DNA of 64,000 nt. It comes from Chitinophaga pinensis. Its GTDB lineage: Bacteria > Bacteroidota > Bacteroidia > NS11-12g > UBA9320. The notes under the pieces were generated by a model. It ran no database searches and was not told the origin of the DNA. It saw only the letters and a list, made by a program, of their open reading frames with translations. The stretch lies in the NCBI GenBank assembly GCA_945897885.1, contig CAMDGU010000005.1:9105-73104 (forward strand). The letters run 5' to 3'. The position numbers and the translations under genes are program-made. Positions 40,627-49,747 of this stretch are shown here, one piece after another; position 1 is the first letter of the stretch, and every line of letters begins with the position of its first letter.

Positions 40627-41271
40627 ATGGAAGAATATTTCGAGCTGATACCTAAATTATTTGTACCCGAAAATTTGATAAAAATTGGTGGGTTGGGTTT
40701 GCTTTTATTCATTGTTTTTGCCGAAACAGGCTTATTTATTGGTTTCTTTTTGCCCGGCGATTCTCTATTATTTACAGCAGGAATATTATGCAGTACCCAT
40801 GTGTTAGATGTTAATATTGTGACACTTATGCTTGGTTTAAACTTGGCTGCCACTTTTGGAAACCTTACTGGATATTACTTTGGTAAACGAGTTGGCACTA
40901 AATTATTTACTCGTGATGATTCATTGGTTTTTAAAAAACGCTATGTGGCTATTACCAATTCATTTTATAACCGACATGGTGGTAAAGCTTTAATTTTAGG
41001 TCGATTTTTACCCATCATTCGCACCTTTGCTCCCATTTTAAGCGGTGTTATTAAAATGGAACTAAAAATCTTTGTTGTTTACACAGTTGTAGGTTCTATT
41101 CTTTGGACCTCAACAATGACACTTAGTGCATATTATTTAGCTAAAGCTATTCCAAATTTGAAGGATCATTTAGGTTTGGTAGTATTGTTTTTAATCATAA
41201 TAACTGCCATTCCGGTTATTTCAACATATCGCAAGGAAAAAAAGTCCACTGCTACTAAAGATAATATCTAA
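40627..41271 (+). CDS. DedA family membrane protein
   Basis: FAETGLFIGFFLPGDSLLF, GRFLPIIRTFAP. Confidence 0.93.
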   Translation: MEEYFELIPKLFVPENLIKIGGLGLLLFIVFAETGLFIGFFLPGDSLLFTAGILCSTHVLDVNIVTLMLGLNLAATFGNLTGYYFGKRVGTKLFTRDDSLVFKKRYVAITNSFYNRHGGKALILGRFLPIIRTFAPILSGVIKMELKIFVVYTVVGSILWTSTMTLSAYYLAKAIPNLKDHLGLVVLFLIIITAIPVISTYRKEKKSTATKDNI

Positions 41272-41272
41272 A

Positions 41273-41302
41273 AAAAGCACCATAGATTTTCTAAAGTGCT
41301 TT
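41273..41302. terminator. probable bidirectional terminator between convergent genes
   Basis: AAAGCAC...GTGCTTT imperfect hairpin. Confidence 0.5.
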
Positions 41303-41323
41303 AAAATAGTCTTTATATTTTTT

Positions 41324-41719
41324 TTAAGGTTTTGCGAATATAGGAATCTCTTTAGTTTTGGTATTTCCACTTTTATCCATAGCCATTAATGTAACAATTA
41401 AAGGTGTAATTGAAGTTATTCCATCCAAATGATAATGATCATGAAATGCAAATACTTTTAAATCCAAAACATTTGAATGTTTTGAGTAAATAACTGTTTC
41501 GGATTTATCTTTAATCGTTACAACAAGGTCATCTAATCCGGCATTATCTGTAACTGTAAATTCAATATGAGTTTCTCCAACTGCAGTATCTCCTAACATT
41601 GGTTCTAAAACTGTAAACTCTGGTACGGCAGTATCGGCTTGTTCCTTTTGGCAAGATTCAAAAAAGACTATTGAGATAAATAAAAAAGCTATGAAGCTTA
41701 TGATTTTAATGGTTTTCAT
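41324..41719 (-). CDS. His-rich lipoprotein (DUF4625-like)
   Basis: FESC lipobox, HIEFTVTDNAGL, FHDHYH. Confidence 0.7.
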   Translation of the reverse strand: MKTIKIISFIAFLFISIVFFESCQKEQADTAVPEFTVLEPMLGDTAVGETHIEFTVTDNAGLDDLVVTIKDKSETVIYSKHSNVLDLKVFAFHDHYHLDGITSITPLIVTLMAMDKSGNTKTKEIPIFAKP

Positions 41720-41737
41720 TTTTTGTTTGAATTAATT

Positions 41738-42640
41738 TTAAAATAAGTAAATAAAATTTGCTGAAAGCCTTTGACGGTTACTAATATAACCGCCACCTAT
41801 GCTTTCAGTCATAGGTTTTTTGTAGGTTATTCCCAAAGAAATGTTCTTGTAATACATATCAAATCCGACATTGGCTAGTACTATTTCACCACCCGTATAA
41901 TCTTGCTTTATGCTGCTTATTAGGTCGTTCTTAGTTTTTTCAAAAGCCATGCCAATACTGGGTAATAAAATGGTTTGTTTAAATTTTTTCCAGTAAAATA
42001 TTCGGGCGACAATTGAAAATCTGTTACCAAACTGAAAATGCTGATTATTGGGAGAATTAAAGGTGTAGCCCATTTCTGTATTAAAGCCAATTTGCTTATG
42101 CCGTAGTGCATAAATGGCATTTATAGGAAAATCAAACGAACCGGTTCCCGGTTGAATATTTTGATTAAGCATAATTCCATTTCTTATTATTTCATGCTTT
42201 CCTGTTGGAGTTTTTATCCCTCCTCCTATTTGAAGCAAATGCTTATAGCGTTTACAGCTGCTGTCACTGTTTATTATTACAAAATTGGCAATTGCGGTAA
42301 TGTCTCCTAGAGAACTTACGACCGTCGTTTTAGTATCTTCAACCCTTTTATTACGGTTGAACGGGAGAAAGGCAAACATCTGTAAACGTTTATTTAGAAC
42401 ATATCGGCCCCATAATTCTGTTGTTTGAAAATATTCCATGCTGGCTTGTCCATTCTCCGAAATACTTTCATGAGCTCTAGATTCAAAGCTGCGGTATTGA
42501 TACCTTACCCCTGCAAAGTTTTGTTGAAACTTAGGCAAAATGCCAAAGTAATTTCCACCGGCACTGCACCCGCAAATATCGCAGGCAAGTGCATTTCCGC
42601 TCAGCAATAGTAGCATAGCGGTTACTATTATTTTATACAT
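41738..42640 (-). CDS. outer-membrane beta-barrel transporter with N-terminal CDICGC motif
   Basis: Signal peptide then CDICGC; SLGDI, GIKTPTG, QPGTGSFD, FQFGN; C-terminal Phe. Confidence 0.75.
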   Translation of the reverse strand: MYKIIVTAMLLLLSGNALACDICGCSAGGNYFGILPKFQQNFAGVRYQYRSFESRAHESISENGQASMEYFQTTELWGRYVLNKRLQMFAFLPFNRNKRVEDTKTTVVSSLGDITAIANFVIINSDSSCKRYKHLLQIGGGIKTPTGKHEIIRNGIMLNQNIQPGTGSFDFPINAIYALRHKQIGFNTEMGYTFNSPNNQHFQFGNRFSIVARIFYWKKFKQTILLPSIGMAFEKTKNDLISSIKQDYTGGEIVLANVGFDMYYKNISLGITYKKPMTESIGGGYISNRQRLSANFIYLF

Positions 42641-42691
42641 TTATATAATTTTATTAAAGTTTGATTTGAAAAAGAAAAGGGAAAATCAAAC

Positions 42692-43075
42692 CTAAACCTG
42701 CGGTGGACGAAAGCAGGAGCTTATATAGTTAAATAAATAATGGGTATTTAAAGTTGAATTTAGAATCAAATTTTGAACGGTTTGTATAAACGATACCCGC
42801 ATTTCAGAGTAATTTACAAAATCATCCGTTTTAAGATTCTTTAATTTTAAAGGTAACGAAGCATTGGTTTCTTTGGTTTGATTGTTCTCAACGCTTTTTA
42901 GTTGCTTTTGAAGATGGCATTTACCATTGCATTCCATTTCCGGCTTATCGCGATTTATACAAAGGTTTTGGGCAATATAGTTTTGATTAAATTTCCAAGT
43001 AGCTATTACTCCTACTTTGACCATTAGCTGGCTATATAAAGTTAGCACTAGAAAAATGGAAATAGTTTTTTTCAA
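42692..43075 (-). CDS. small Cys-motif protein with C-terminal RPP; candidate regulatory leader ORF
   Basis: N-terminal TM, YIAQNLCINRDKPEMECNGKCHL, ends CFRPPQV; TTG start 8 nt after TAAATTTG (43084-43091). Confidence 0.75.
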   Translation of the reverse strand: MKKTISIFLVLTLYSQLMVKVGVIATWKFNQNYIAQNLCINRDKPEMECNGKCHLQKQLKSVENNQTKETNASLPLKLKNLKTDDFVNYSEMRVSFIQTVQNLILNSTLNTHYLFNYISSCFRPPQV

Positions 43076-43150
43076 TATGACTGCAAATTTATAGTTATTT
43101 AAAACTTGCAAGGATGAAAGTTTATGATTTTTATCAGATTTAGAGAAAAC

Positions 43151-43182
43151 AAAAAAGGCTTGAAAATTTTTTCAAGCCTTTT
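43151..43182 (-). terminator. intrinsic terminator after pckA
   Basis: AAAAAAGGCTTGAAAA-TT-TTTTCAAGCCTTTT. Confidence 0.85.
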
Positions 43183-43201
43183 AAAAATTTTAAACCTTCT
43201 A

Positions 43202-44797
43202 TCAAGCAGTAGCTTGTGCTTTAGGAGCAGCAGAAAGTATTTCTTCACTGCATCCATCAGCATATTGCTTAAAGTTATTATTAAACAATTCGGCTAAATG
43301 ATTGGCTTTTCTATCATATTCAGAAGCATCAGCCCAGGTATTTCTTGGGTTCAAAAGTTCAGCAGGTACATTAGGACATGAAACCGGCATGGCAATTCCA
43401 AATACTGGGTGAATATTAAATTCTACATTTTGCAAAGAATCTTCCAACGCCGCAGTAATCATCGAACGAGTGTAGGATAGTTTCATACGAGAGCCAACAC
43501 CATAAGCTCCTCCACTCCAACCGGTATTTACCAACCACACACGAATGTTAGGATTCTCTTTAAGTTTTTCTCCCAACATTTCAGCATATTTTGCCGGGTG
43601 CAAGGGTAAAAATGCTTTACCAAAACACGCTGAGAATGTAGCTTGTGGTTCAGTTACACCAGCCTCGGTACCCGCTACTTTAGCTGTATAACCTGAAATA
43701 AAGTGATACATAGCTTGAGCCGGAGTTAATTTTGAAATTGGAGGCAAAACACCAAATGCATCTGCAGTTAAAAAGAAAATATTTTCAGGTGCATTCCCTA
43801 CTGAAGGAACAGCAATATTATCAATAAAATCAATTTGATAGGCAACTCGGGTATTTTCTGTTACTGAAATATCATTAAAATTAACAGTATTGGTTCCATC
43901 ATAAAACCGCACATTTTCTACCAATGCTCCGGGTTTGATTGCATTCCATATTTGAGGTTCTTTTTCTTCTGATAAGTCTACACACTTAGCGTAGCATCCA
44001 CCTTCAAAATTGAAAACGGAGTTGTTAGCCCATCCGTGTTCGTCATCGCCTATAAGTTTTCGACTTGGGTCCGCAGATAGGGTTGTTTTACCGGTTCCTG
44101 AAAGACCAAAGAAAATGGCTGTATCATTTTTTGACCCAATATTTGCGGAGCAATGCATGGAAACAACGCCTTTTTCATGAGGTAATACATAATTTAAAAC
44201 AGTAAAAATTCCTTTTTTAATCTCACCAGTGTAGCCTGAACCACCAATAAGTATAATTTTCTTTGTAAAATCAATCATGGTGAAATTATGCTGGCGGGTT
44301 CCATCCTCAGCAGGAATAGCATGAAATGAAGGTGCAGCCAAAATAAGCCACTCAGGATTTTGGGTTTCAAGTTCGGCAGCTGTTGGTCTTAAAAATAAAT
44401 TATTGGCAAATACATTTTGATAAGCAGTTTCAGTAACAACTTCTATATTCAAACGGTAGGCAGGATCAGCACATGCATAACTTTGGCGAATAAATAACTC
44501 CTTACCTTCTAGGTGTTTAATAACCTTATAAAGCAAGTTGTCAAATTTTGAAGATTCGATTTTATTATTCACATCACCCCACCACACAAAGTCTTTTGTA
44601 TTGTCATCATAAACAACAAATTTGTCTTTTGGACTGCGTCCGGTAAATTCACCGGTATCTGCAGCTAATGCACCTGAATCGGTTATCGCACCTTCCTTAT
44701 TTATCAAGGCTTTTTCAATAAGTTGCTCAACAGTAAGTTGAATATGAGCTCTTCCTGCTTTGGAAATAATATGTTCTACTATAACGTGATGTTTCAT
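43202..44797 (-). CDS. pckA: phosphoenolpyruvate carboxykinase (ATP)
   Basis: TGRSPKDK, FFGLSGTGKTTLS, LIGDDEHGW, NFEGGCYAK. Confidence 0.97.
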   Translation of the reverse strand: MKHHVIVEHIISKAGRAHIQLTVEQLIEKALINKEGAITDSGALAADTGEFTGRSPKDKFVVYDDNTKDFVWWGDVNNKIESSKFDNLLYKVIKHLEGKELFIRQSYACADPAYRLNIEVVTETAYQNVFANNLFLRPTAAELETQNPEWLILAAPSFHAIPAEDGTRQHNFTMIDFTKKIILIGGSGYTGEIKKGIFTVLNYVLPHEKGVVSMHCSANIGSKNDTAIFFGLSGTGKTTLSADPSRKLIGDDEHGWANNSVFNFEGGCYAKCVDLSEEKEPQIWNAIKPGALVENVRFYDGTNTVNFNDISVTENTRVAYQIDFIDNIAVPSVGNAPENIFFLTADAFGVLPPISKLTPAQAMYHFISGYTAKVAGTEAGVTEPQATFSACFGKAFLPLHPAKYAEMLGEKLKENPNIRVWLVNTGWSGGAYGVGSRMKLSYTRSMITAALEDSLQNVEFNIHPVFGIAMPVSCPNVPAELLNPRNTWADASEYDRKANHLAELFNNNFKQYADGCSEEILSAAPKAQATA

Positions 44798-44948
44798 TTA
44801 TTGTTCGTTTTTTGAAAAGGGCTACAAATTTAATAAAATCATTTAAAGTAGAATAGTAAGAGTAAAAAATCAGTTTAATTAACTTTCTGAAAATATAACA
44901 CTTAGGAACAAATAGTTAATTTGTTTAGAATAAATTTAAATAAGGGAA

Positions 44949-45287
44949 TTATCCCTTTCTTGCTTTATAACCCTTTGCTGCTAGATAATCAACTATTTTT
45001 TGGCACAAATCACCTTGAATTATTATTTCTCCATCTTTTACAGTTCCGCCGGTTCCACAGTGTTTTTTTAAGTCTTTTCCTAAATTTTCCAAATCACTTT
45101 CACTTCCTACAAACCGTTGTATAAGCGTTGCTTTTTTTCCACCTCGTCCTTGGGTTGATATCCTGACTAATAAATTTTGTTTATTTGGAGATAAGGTCTC
45201 CATAAAATCAGACGCCTCGTCGTTTGGCAGATAGTCGGGGTTAGTGCTGTATACAATCCCTTGAAGTTTCTTGTTCTTGTTCGCCAT
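44949..45287 (-). CDS. translation initiation factor SUI1/YciH
   Basis: VYSTNPD, GRGGK, LKKHCGTGGTVKDG.IIIQGD. Confidence 0.9.
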   Translation of the reverse strand: MANKNKKLQGIVYSTNPDYLPNDEASDFMETLSPNKQNLLVRISTQGRGGKKATLIQRFVGSESDLENLGKDLKKHCGTGGTVKDGEIIIQGDLCQKIVDYLAAKGYKARKG

Positions 45288-45369
45288 AATAATTTTTGCA
45301 AATAATATATAAATTCCCTTGTTTTCAAACAAATAATTTGTAGTTTTGCGCCCTTTAAAAACAAGGATT

Positions 45370-45714
45370 ATGGATTTTATTAAACACATAGAGGCGCAAT
45401 ACAAAAAAACAGATGTTCCTGAATTTTCAGCCGGAGATACTGTTAGCGTGCATTATAAAATTAAAGAGGGAGCTAAAGAACGTATCCAACAGTTTCAAGG
45501 TGTGGTAATTCAACGCAGAAATAGCGGTACTGCCGAAACCTTTACCGTTCGTAAGATTTCAGGTGGTATTGGCGTTGAGCGTATATTTCCTTTAAACAGT
45601 CCTAATATTGATAAAATAGAAGTGATGAGAAGAGGTAAAGTTCGTCGTGCCAGATTGTTTTACCTTCGAACAAAAATTGGTAAAGCTGCCCGTATCAAAG
45701 AAAGAAGAATTTAA
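45370..45714 (+). CDS. rplS: 50S ribosomal protein L19
   Basis: [38 protein letters not shown] promoter at 45341. Confidence 0.97.
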   Translation: MDFIKHIEAQYKKTDVPEFSAGDTVSVHYKIKEGAKERIQQFQGVVIQRRNSGTAETFTVRKISGGIGVERIFPLNSPNIDKIEVMRRGKVRRARLFYLRTKIGKAARIKERRI

Positions 45715-45740
45715 TTACAATATCTATATTTATTTATATC

Positions 45741-45771
45741 AAACCCATTGCTACAGTAGTAATGGGTTTTT
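45741..45771 (+). terminator. intrinsic terminator after rplS
   Basis: AAACCCATTGCTAC-A-GTAGTAATGGGTTTTT. Confidence 0.85.
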
Positions 45772-45825
45772 TATTTGTTAAAAAAAATAAAGAAAACACT
45801 GTTGGAAATTTAATACAATCAAGAA

Positions 45826-47334
45826 TTATTGTTTAATGGAATTCTGCATTATTTCATTAACTAATACAGTTGCTGCATCATTTTCACTAAGAATACGAAT
45901 GAAATTACCAGAACCATTTTCGGCAAGAGTTTTCATAAATTCTATGGCTTCTGCATTTTTACCAAAACCAATTGCAGATGTTTTAATTGCTTCCAATTCT
46001 GCTTTTTCTTTGGCAAGCTTATACATTGTTTTTGGTGAAAAATTTTCAGAATTAAAAATACCATCTGAAACCAATATAATTTGATTATTCCCGTTCGAAA
46101 TAAAGTTTTGACTGGCATTTGCGTAAGCTATATTCATTCCTTCGGTGCCATGTGAGAGACCTTTGGCTGATAAACCATCTATTACCTCAAAAATCTTTTC
46201 TTTATGGTTTCCTGGTTCTCCTTGTAGTAGAATATTTACTTTACTGGAATACACTATCATGGTTACCAAATCTTCTTCTCTAAGCACATTTACCATATCT
46301 TTAACAGATTTTTTAAGGTAAGGCAATTTCTCGGGCCTGTCCATACTGGTAGATACATCAATTAAAAATACAATATTGTTACTGGCATATTTATCCTTAT
46401 TTAGGGTTCCGGTTGCTGTAAAATCAGGTAAGTCAATTTTTACAATTACCTCTTTTTCTTTCAGTAAAGAATCATTTTCACCATCCTGAACAATGATTAC
46501 ATCCTTTTCAATAATACGCTTATCCTTAAATTTAGCGTTAAATTTTTCCCTTAGTTTTTCAATATCTAAGCGCTCTTCTTCCGTTTCATTAGGTTTTTCT
46601 AAAATAATTGTTTCGTCTTCTTTTTTGGTGTTATCCGGAGGAACCATTACTATTGGTCCTTCATCAGGTTGAAGCTTAATAATAAATTTGCGGGTAACTC
46701 GACTTGTAATAATAACCTGTTCTTTTGATTCATATCCCGAAAGGGAAATATTTACCATGTATTTGCCATTTTTTAAATTATCAAAATAAACGCGGTCTTT
46801 AAATGCTTTTTCAATAAGAAATTGATCGGTGGGATTTTTAACAATAATATCAAATCCTTTAAGTCCTTCTCCTGAAATGGCATCTACCACTTGTATCTCA
46901 ACAGGTTTTTCAGTGGTTGCAGGTGGAGGATTATCCGTCATTGAAGGACAATTGAGCATGGCATCGGGATGAAAATCTATAATTTTACCTTTGACAGTCA
47001 GTTCTAATGGGTCATTAGATGAACTGATATAAATAGAAACCGTCTTCCTGAAATTTCCGCGGTCTTGAGTATAGTAAATGAATTTTACAATAGGAGATTG
47101 TCCTACCTCAATACTTCCTTTGGGCAAAATTACCAATACATCCTCCGAATATCCTATTGGCAAAAAAACAAACTTTGAAGTACCTGTATTTTCAACTGTA
47201 AAATAAGCTGTGTCATTTTTCCATTGCTTTACCACTCCAAAATCAAAAGCAGCCGGAGAAACCATTGCCGACTGACCATTGACTGAATTTAAAATGCTTA
47301 ATAAAAATAGAATTAGGAGATTTCGGATATTCAT
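45826..47334 (-). CDS. exported VWA-domain protein with N-terminal Ig-like (DUF1573-like) domain
   Basis: FDFGVV..FTVENTG; MIDAS DVSTS; IILVSDG. Confidence 0.82.
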   Translation of the reverse strand: MNIRNLLILFLLSILNSVNGQSAMVSPAAFDFGVVKQWKNDTAYFTVENTGTSKFVFLPIGYSEDVLVILPKGSIEVGQSPIVKFIYYTQDRGNFRKTVSIYISSSNDPLELTVKGKIIDFHPDAMLNCPSMTDNPPPATTEKPVEIQVVDAISGEGLKGFDIIVKNPTDQFLIEKAFKDRVYFDNLKNGKYMVNISLSGYESKEQVIITSRVTRKFIIKLQPDEGPIVMVPPDNTKKEDETIILEKPNETEEERLDIEKLREKFNAKFKDKRIIEKDVIIVQDGENDSLLKEKEVIVKIDLPDFTATGTLNKDKYASNNIVFLIDVSTSMDRPEKLPYLKKSVKDMVNVLREEDLVTMIVYSSKVNILLQGEPGNHKEKIFEVIDGLSAKGLSHGTEGMNIAYANASQNFISNGNNQIILVSDGIFNSENFSPKTMYKLAKEKAELEAIKTSAIGFGKNAEAIEFMKTLAENGSGNFIRILSENDAATVLVNEIMQNSIKQ

Positions 47335-47383
47335 GATGAAATTATTCTTTTAACGAATGTTGCACACAAAAAGTGTTCCTTGT

Positions 47384-48415
47384 TTATTTATTTTTAAAAT
47401 GTTGTAACAATAAGTTGACAACAAATTTGGTGCTGAATGGCTTTACACCATTCTTTATATTAATTCGGCTAATTTTATATGCTTCAGCCATTACGTTAAA
47501 AATATCTCGATAGGCTTTCATCAAGCTATGATTTTTATCGTAAATATGGCCGGGCTCAGATGTAACACCGTTTAACTCAAAAATTTTAATTGTTTGTCCT
47601 TTTTGAAATTCTTCAAAACTTTTAGCCTTTAAATCAAAACGACCGAGATAAAACCCATCAAACTGCTTAGCAATTTGGTCAAACACCTTGTGAAGATTTT
47701 CAGTTATTAAATAGTTTCCATTAATAAATTCTGTTCCTCGGCAGTGGTTTCCAATATGTTCAACGACATATTTTTTATCCTTTGCCAATATGGTTTTAAG
47801 AATTTCCGGTTTTTCATTCCTCAATCTATCAATTTGAAACCATGCCCGCTTGTTTTCTAAAAGCAATTCTTCAATTGTTCTATTGCCATCCCCTGTAACT
47901 GTTAAAAAGCCTTTTAATGTAATCGATAAAACTTTACCATGCTCACAATCAGGAATTCTTGCATATAATACCCCAAATTCATGAGGGTAATCAATAAATT
48001 CCTGAATGATATAATCAACAGAGTTAGATTTTAATATAGTTTCAATTTCCTCAAACGAATTTGCTTTTACAACCATTAACCCTCGTTCACCAACATTTGG
48101 TTTAATAATTATTGGAATTTCAAAGTTTCGGTTTTTTAATATTTCAAGCGTTTCTATAACTGAGTTTTCAGCTTTGTGATTGTAAGTTTTTGGTTTATAA
48201 TCATCACTAAAATTATTAAGAATGTCTATTTTACTTTCCCCAAAAAGCCCACCTTTATCAATACCCGGATTTACAGCAGTATTATAAAACATATAGCCTG
48301 AACGTAATGCATACCAAAGGTGAACAGGAATTGCCGGTAAATAAAAGAATAACCATGGCCAATATTCGTAGTTAGTCCATTGAGTAATAAACCGCCTTAA
48401 CTTGAAAAATCTCAT
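47384..48415 (-). CDS. ATP-grasp fold protein of unknown substrate
   Basis: IIKPNVGERG, IIQEFI, GRFDLK, ELNG; ATGA overlap with NRDE gene. Confidence 0.78.
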   Translation of the reverse strand: MRFFKLRRFITQWTNYEYWPWLFFYLPAIPVHLWYALRSGYMFYNTAVNPGIDKGGLFGESKIDILNNFSDDYKPKTYNHKAENSVIETLEILKNRNFEIPIIIKPNVGERGLMVVKANSFEEIETILKSNSVDYIIQEFIDYPHEFGVLYARIPDCEHGKVLSITLKGFLTVTGDGNRTIEELLLENKRAWFQIDRLRNEKPEILKTILAKDKKYVVEHIGNHCRGTEFINGNYLITENLHKVFDQIAKQFDGFYLGRFDLKAKSFEEFQKGQTIKIFELNGVTSEPGHIYDKNHSLMKAYRDIFNVMAEAYKISRINIKNGVKPFSTKFVVNLLLQHFKNK

Positions 48416-49134
48416 AGAAGGGTTAAAGCATGTGTTGAACTTGAATGCTTCATACAATCAGTGTAATTCATCTCCAAGGCTTTACCTTCTTTTTTTATTT
48501 GAGATACACTAACCGTAAAAGTTCCTGCTCGTTTCATAAACAAGTCATTTTCTTTATCCCCTTTTCCTCCTGTTAAATGAAATTCTTTAACCTTTTCGGC
48601 CTCAAAACCTGTTTTTTGTTCTTTTTTCCAATCGTTAAACCATTGTTCACGTTCTGCTCTTATATCGGGAGTATAAAGTGTAACAGACGACCAAATATGA
48701 CTTACTTTAGAATCCTTAAATGATAAATGAACTTGTTTACCATCCCATCTTATTTCATAAAGGTGAAGAGCTGATTTGTAATCTACTATAATGAGGGTAA
48801 AAGGTTCAATATTTTTGAAATCATAATTTACAACAAACTGATTGACATTGTTGTATTGAAAAAAATCAAGCAATACCACTCCCCTGCTTTTTCTGTAAGG
48901 CGGTTTGCTTTTATGAGCAGCAAACCCTCCATTTAACAAACAGAGTGTAAACCCATTTTCGGCCATGGCAATCCAAGTTCCTTTAGCACGAGGGTCTTGC
49001 GGATAAACAACCTTTATGTGTTGATTAATAAATTCCTTGGGATGATGGGCAATTTCGCGACTTTCTTTTTCATCACGATTACTGGTAAGGATAAAATCGT
49101 TTCCACCCTTGGGCAAGAAACTAACTGTGCACAT
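48412..49134 (-). CDS. NRDE/TANGO2 family protein
   Basis: N-terminal MCT, SNRDE, GTWI, LLNG, SRG. Confidence 0.9.
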   Translation of the reverse strand: MCTVSFLPKGGNDFILTSNRDEKESREIAHHPKEFINQHIKVVYPQDPRAKGTWIAMAENGFTLCLLNGGFAAHKSKPPYRKSRGVVLLDFFQYNNVNQFVVNYDFKNIEPFTLIIVDYKSALHLYEIRWDGKQVHLSFKDSKVSHIWSSVTLYTPDIRAEREQWFNDWKKEQKTGFEAEKVKEFHLTGGKGDKENDLFMKRAGTFTVSVSQIKKEGKALEMNYTDCMKHSSSTHALTLL

Positions 49135-49621
49135 TTTGGCTGTGAAATTTTACTGTGGATGGAGCTACTCCAAAATTGGCTGGAAGAATAATTTCTGAAA
49201 AGTTACTAATCAAAGCTATTTTTATTATAGCCATATGGTGAATGGCGTGTTCAATATTATAAACTAATTCACGCTCAACGCTAGAGGATATAAATTGGCT
49301 TTCATCTCCATTGTTAAACTTTAAAATAATGGTGTTGGTGCCAGACAAATCAATGGATTGGTTAATGGTATCAATTAAATTACAGGCAAATTCTGAATCT
49401 GTTTCAATAGTTATATTCCTTTTTCGCAAGTCATAATCAATCTCCTTGGCTGTATTTCCTTCAATAAAACATTGATAAAATTCAAGTATATGACGTGTAT
49501 GCTGGCCTATAGTACTGCCTGATAAAAGTTGTAATGGCATTGAATACGACTTATTATCTAATTGCCCTACAACATATTTCAATTCTTCGAGTAAATTTTT
49601 TGATACTTTGGATACAAGCAT
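49121..49621 (-). CDS. DinB family protein
   Basis: TIGQHTRHILE, YDLRKR, HAIHHMA, FGVAPST; TAGGTTTG promoter at 49637-49644. Confidence 0.85.
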   Translation of the reverse strand: MLVSKVSKNLLEELKYVVGQLDNKSYSMPLQLLSGSTIGQHTRHILEFYQCFIEGNTAKEIDYDLRKRNITIETDSEFACNLIDTINQSIDLSGTNTIILKFNNGDESQFISSSVERELVYNIEHAIHHMAIIKIALISNFSEIILPANFGVAPSTVKFHSQNVHS

Positions 49622-49747
49622 AGTATGGAATTGTTGCAAACCTAGATAAAAAATGAATCGTAAACAATTCTAAGGTCCCTATTTTATACCAATTATTATA
49701 GAATTGTAGACTAATCTATGTTTTTGTTATTTTTGTTCAGTACCTTT

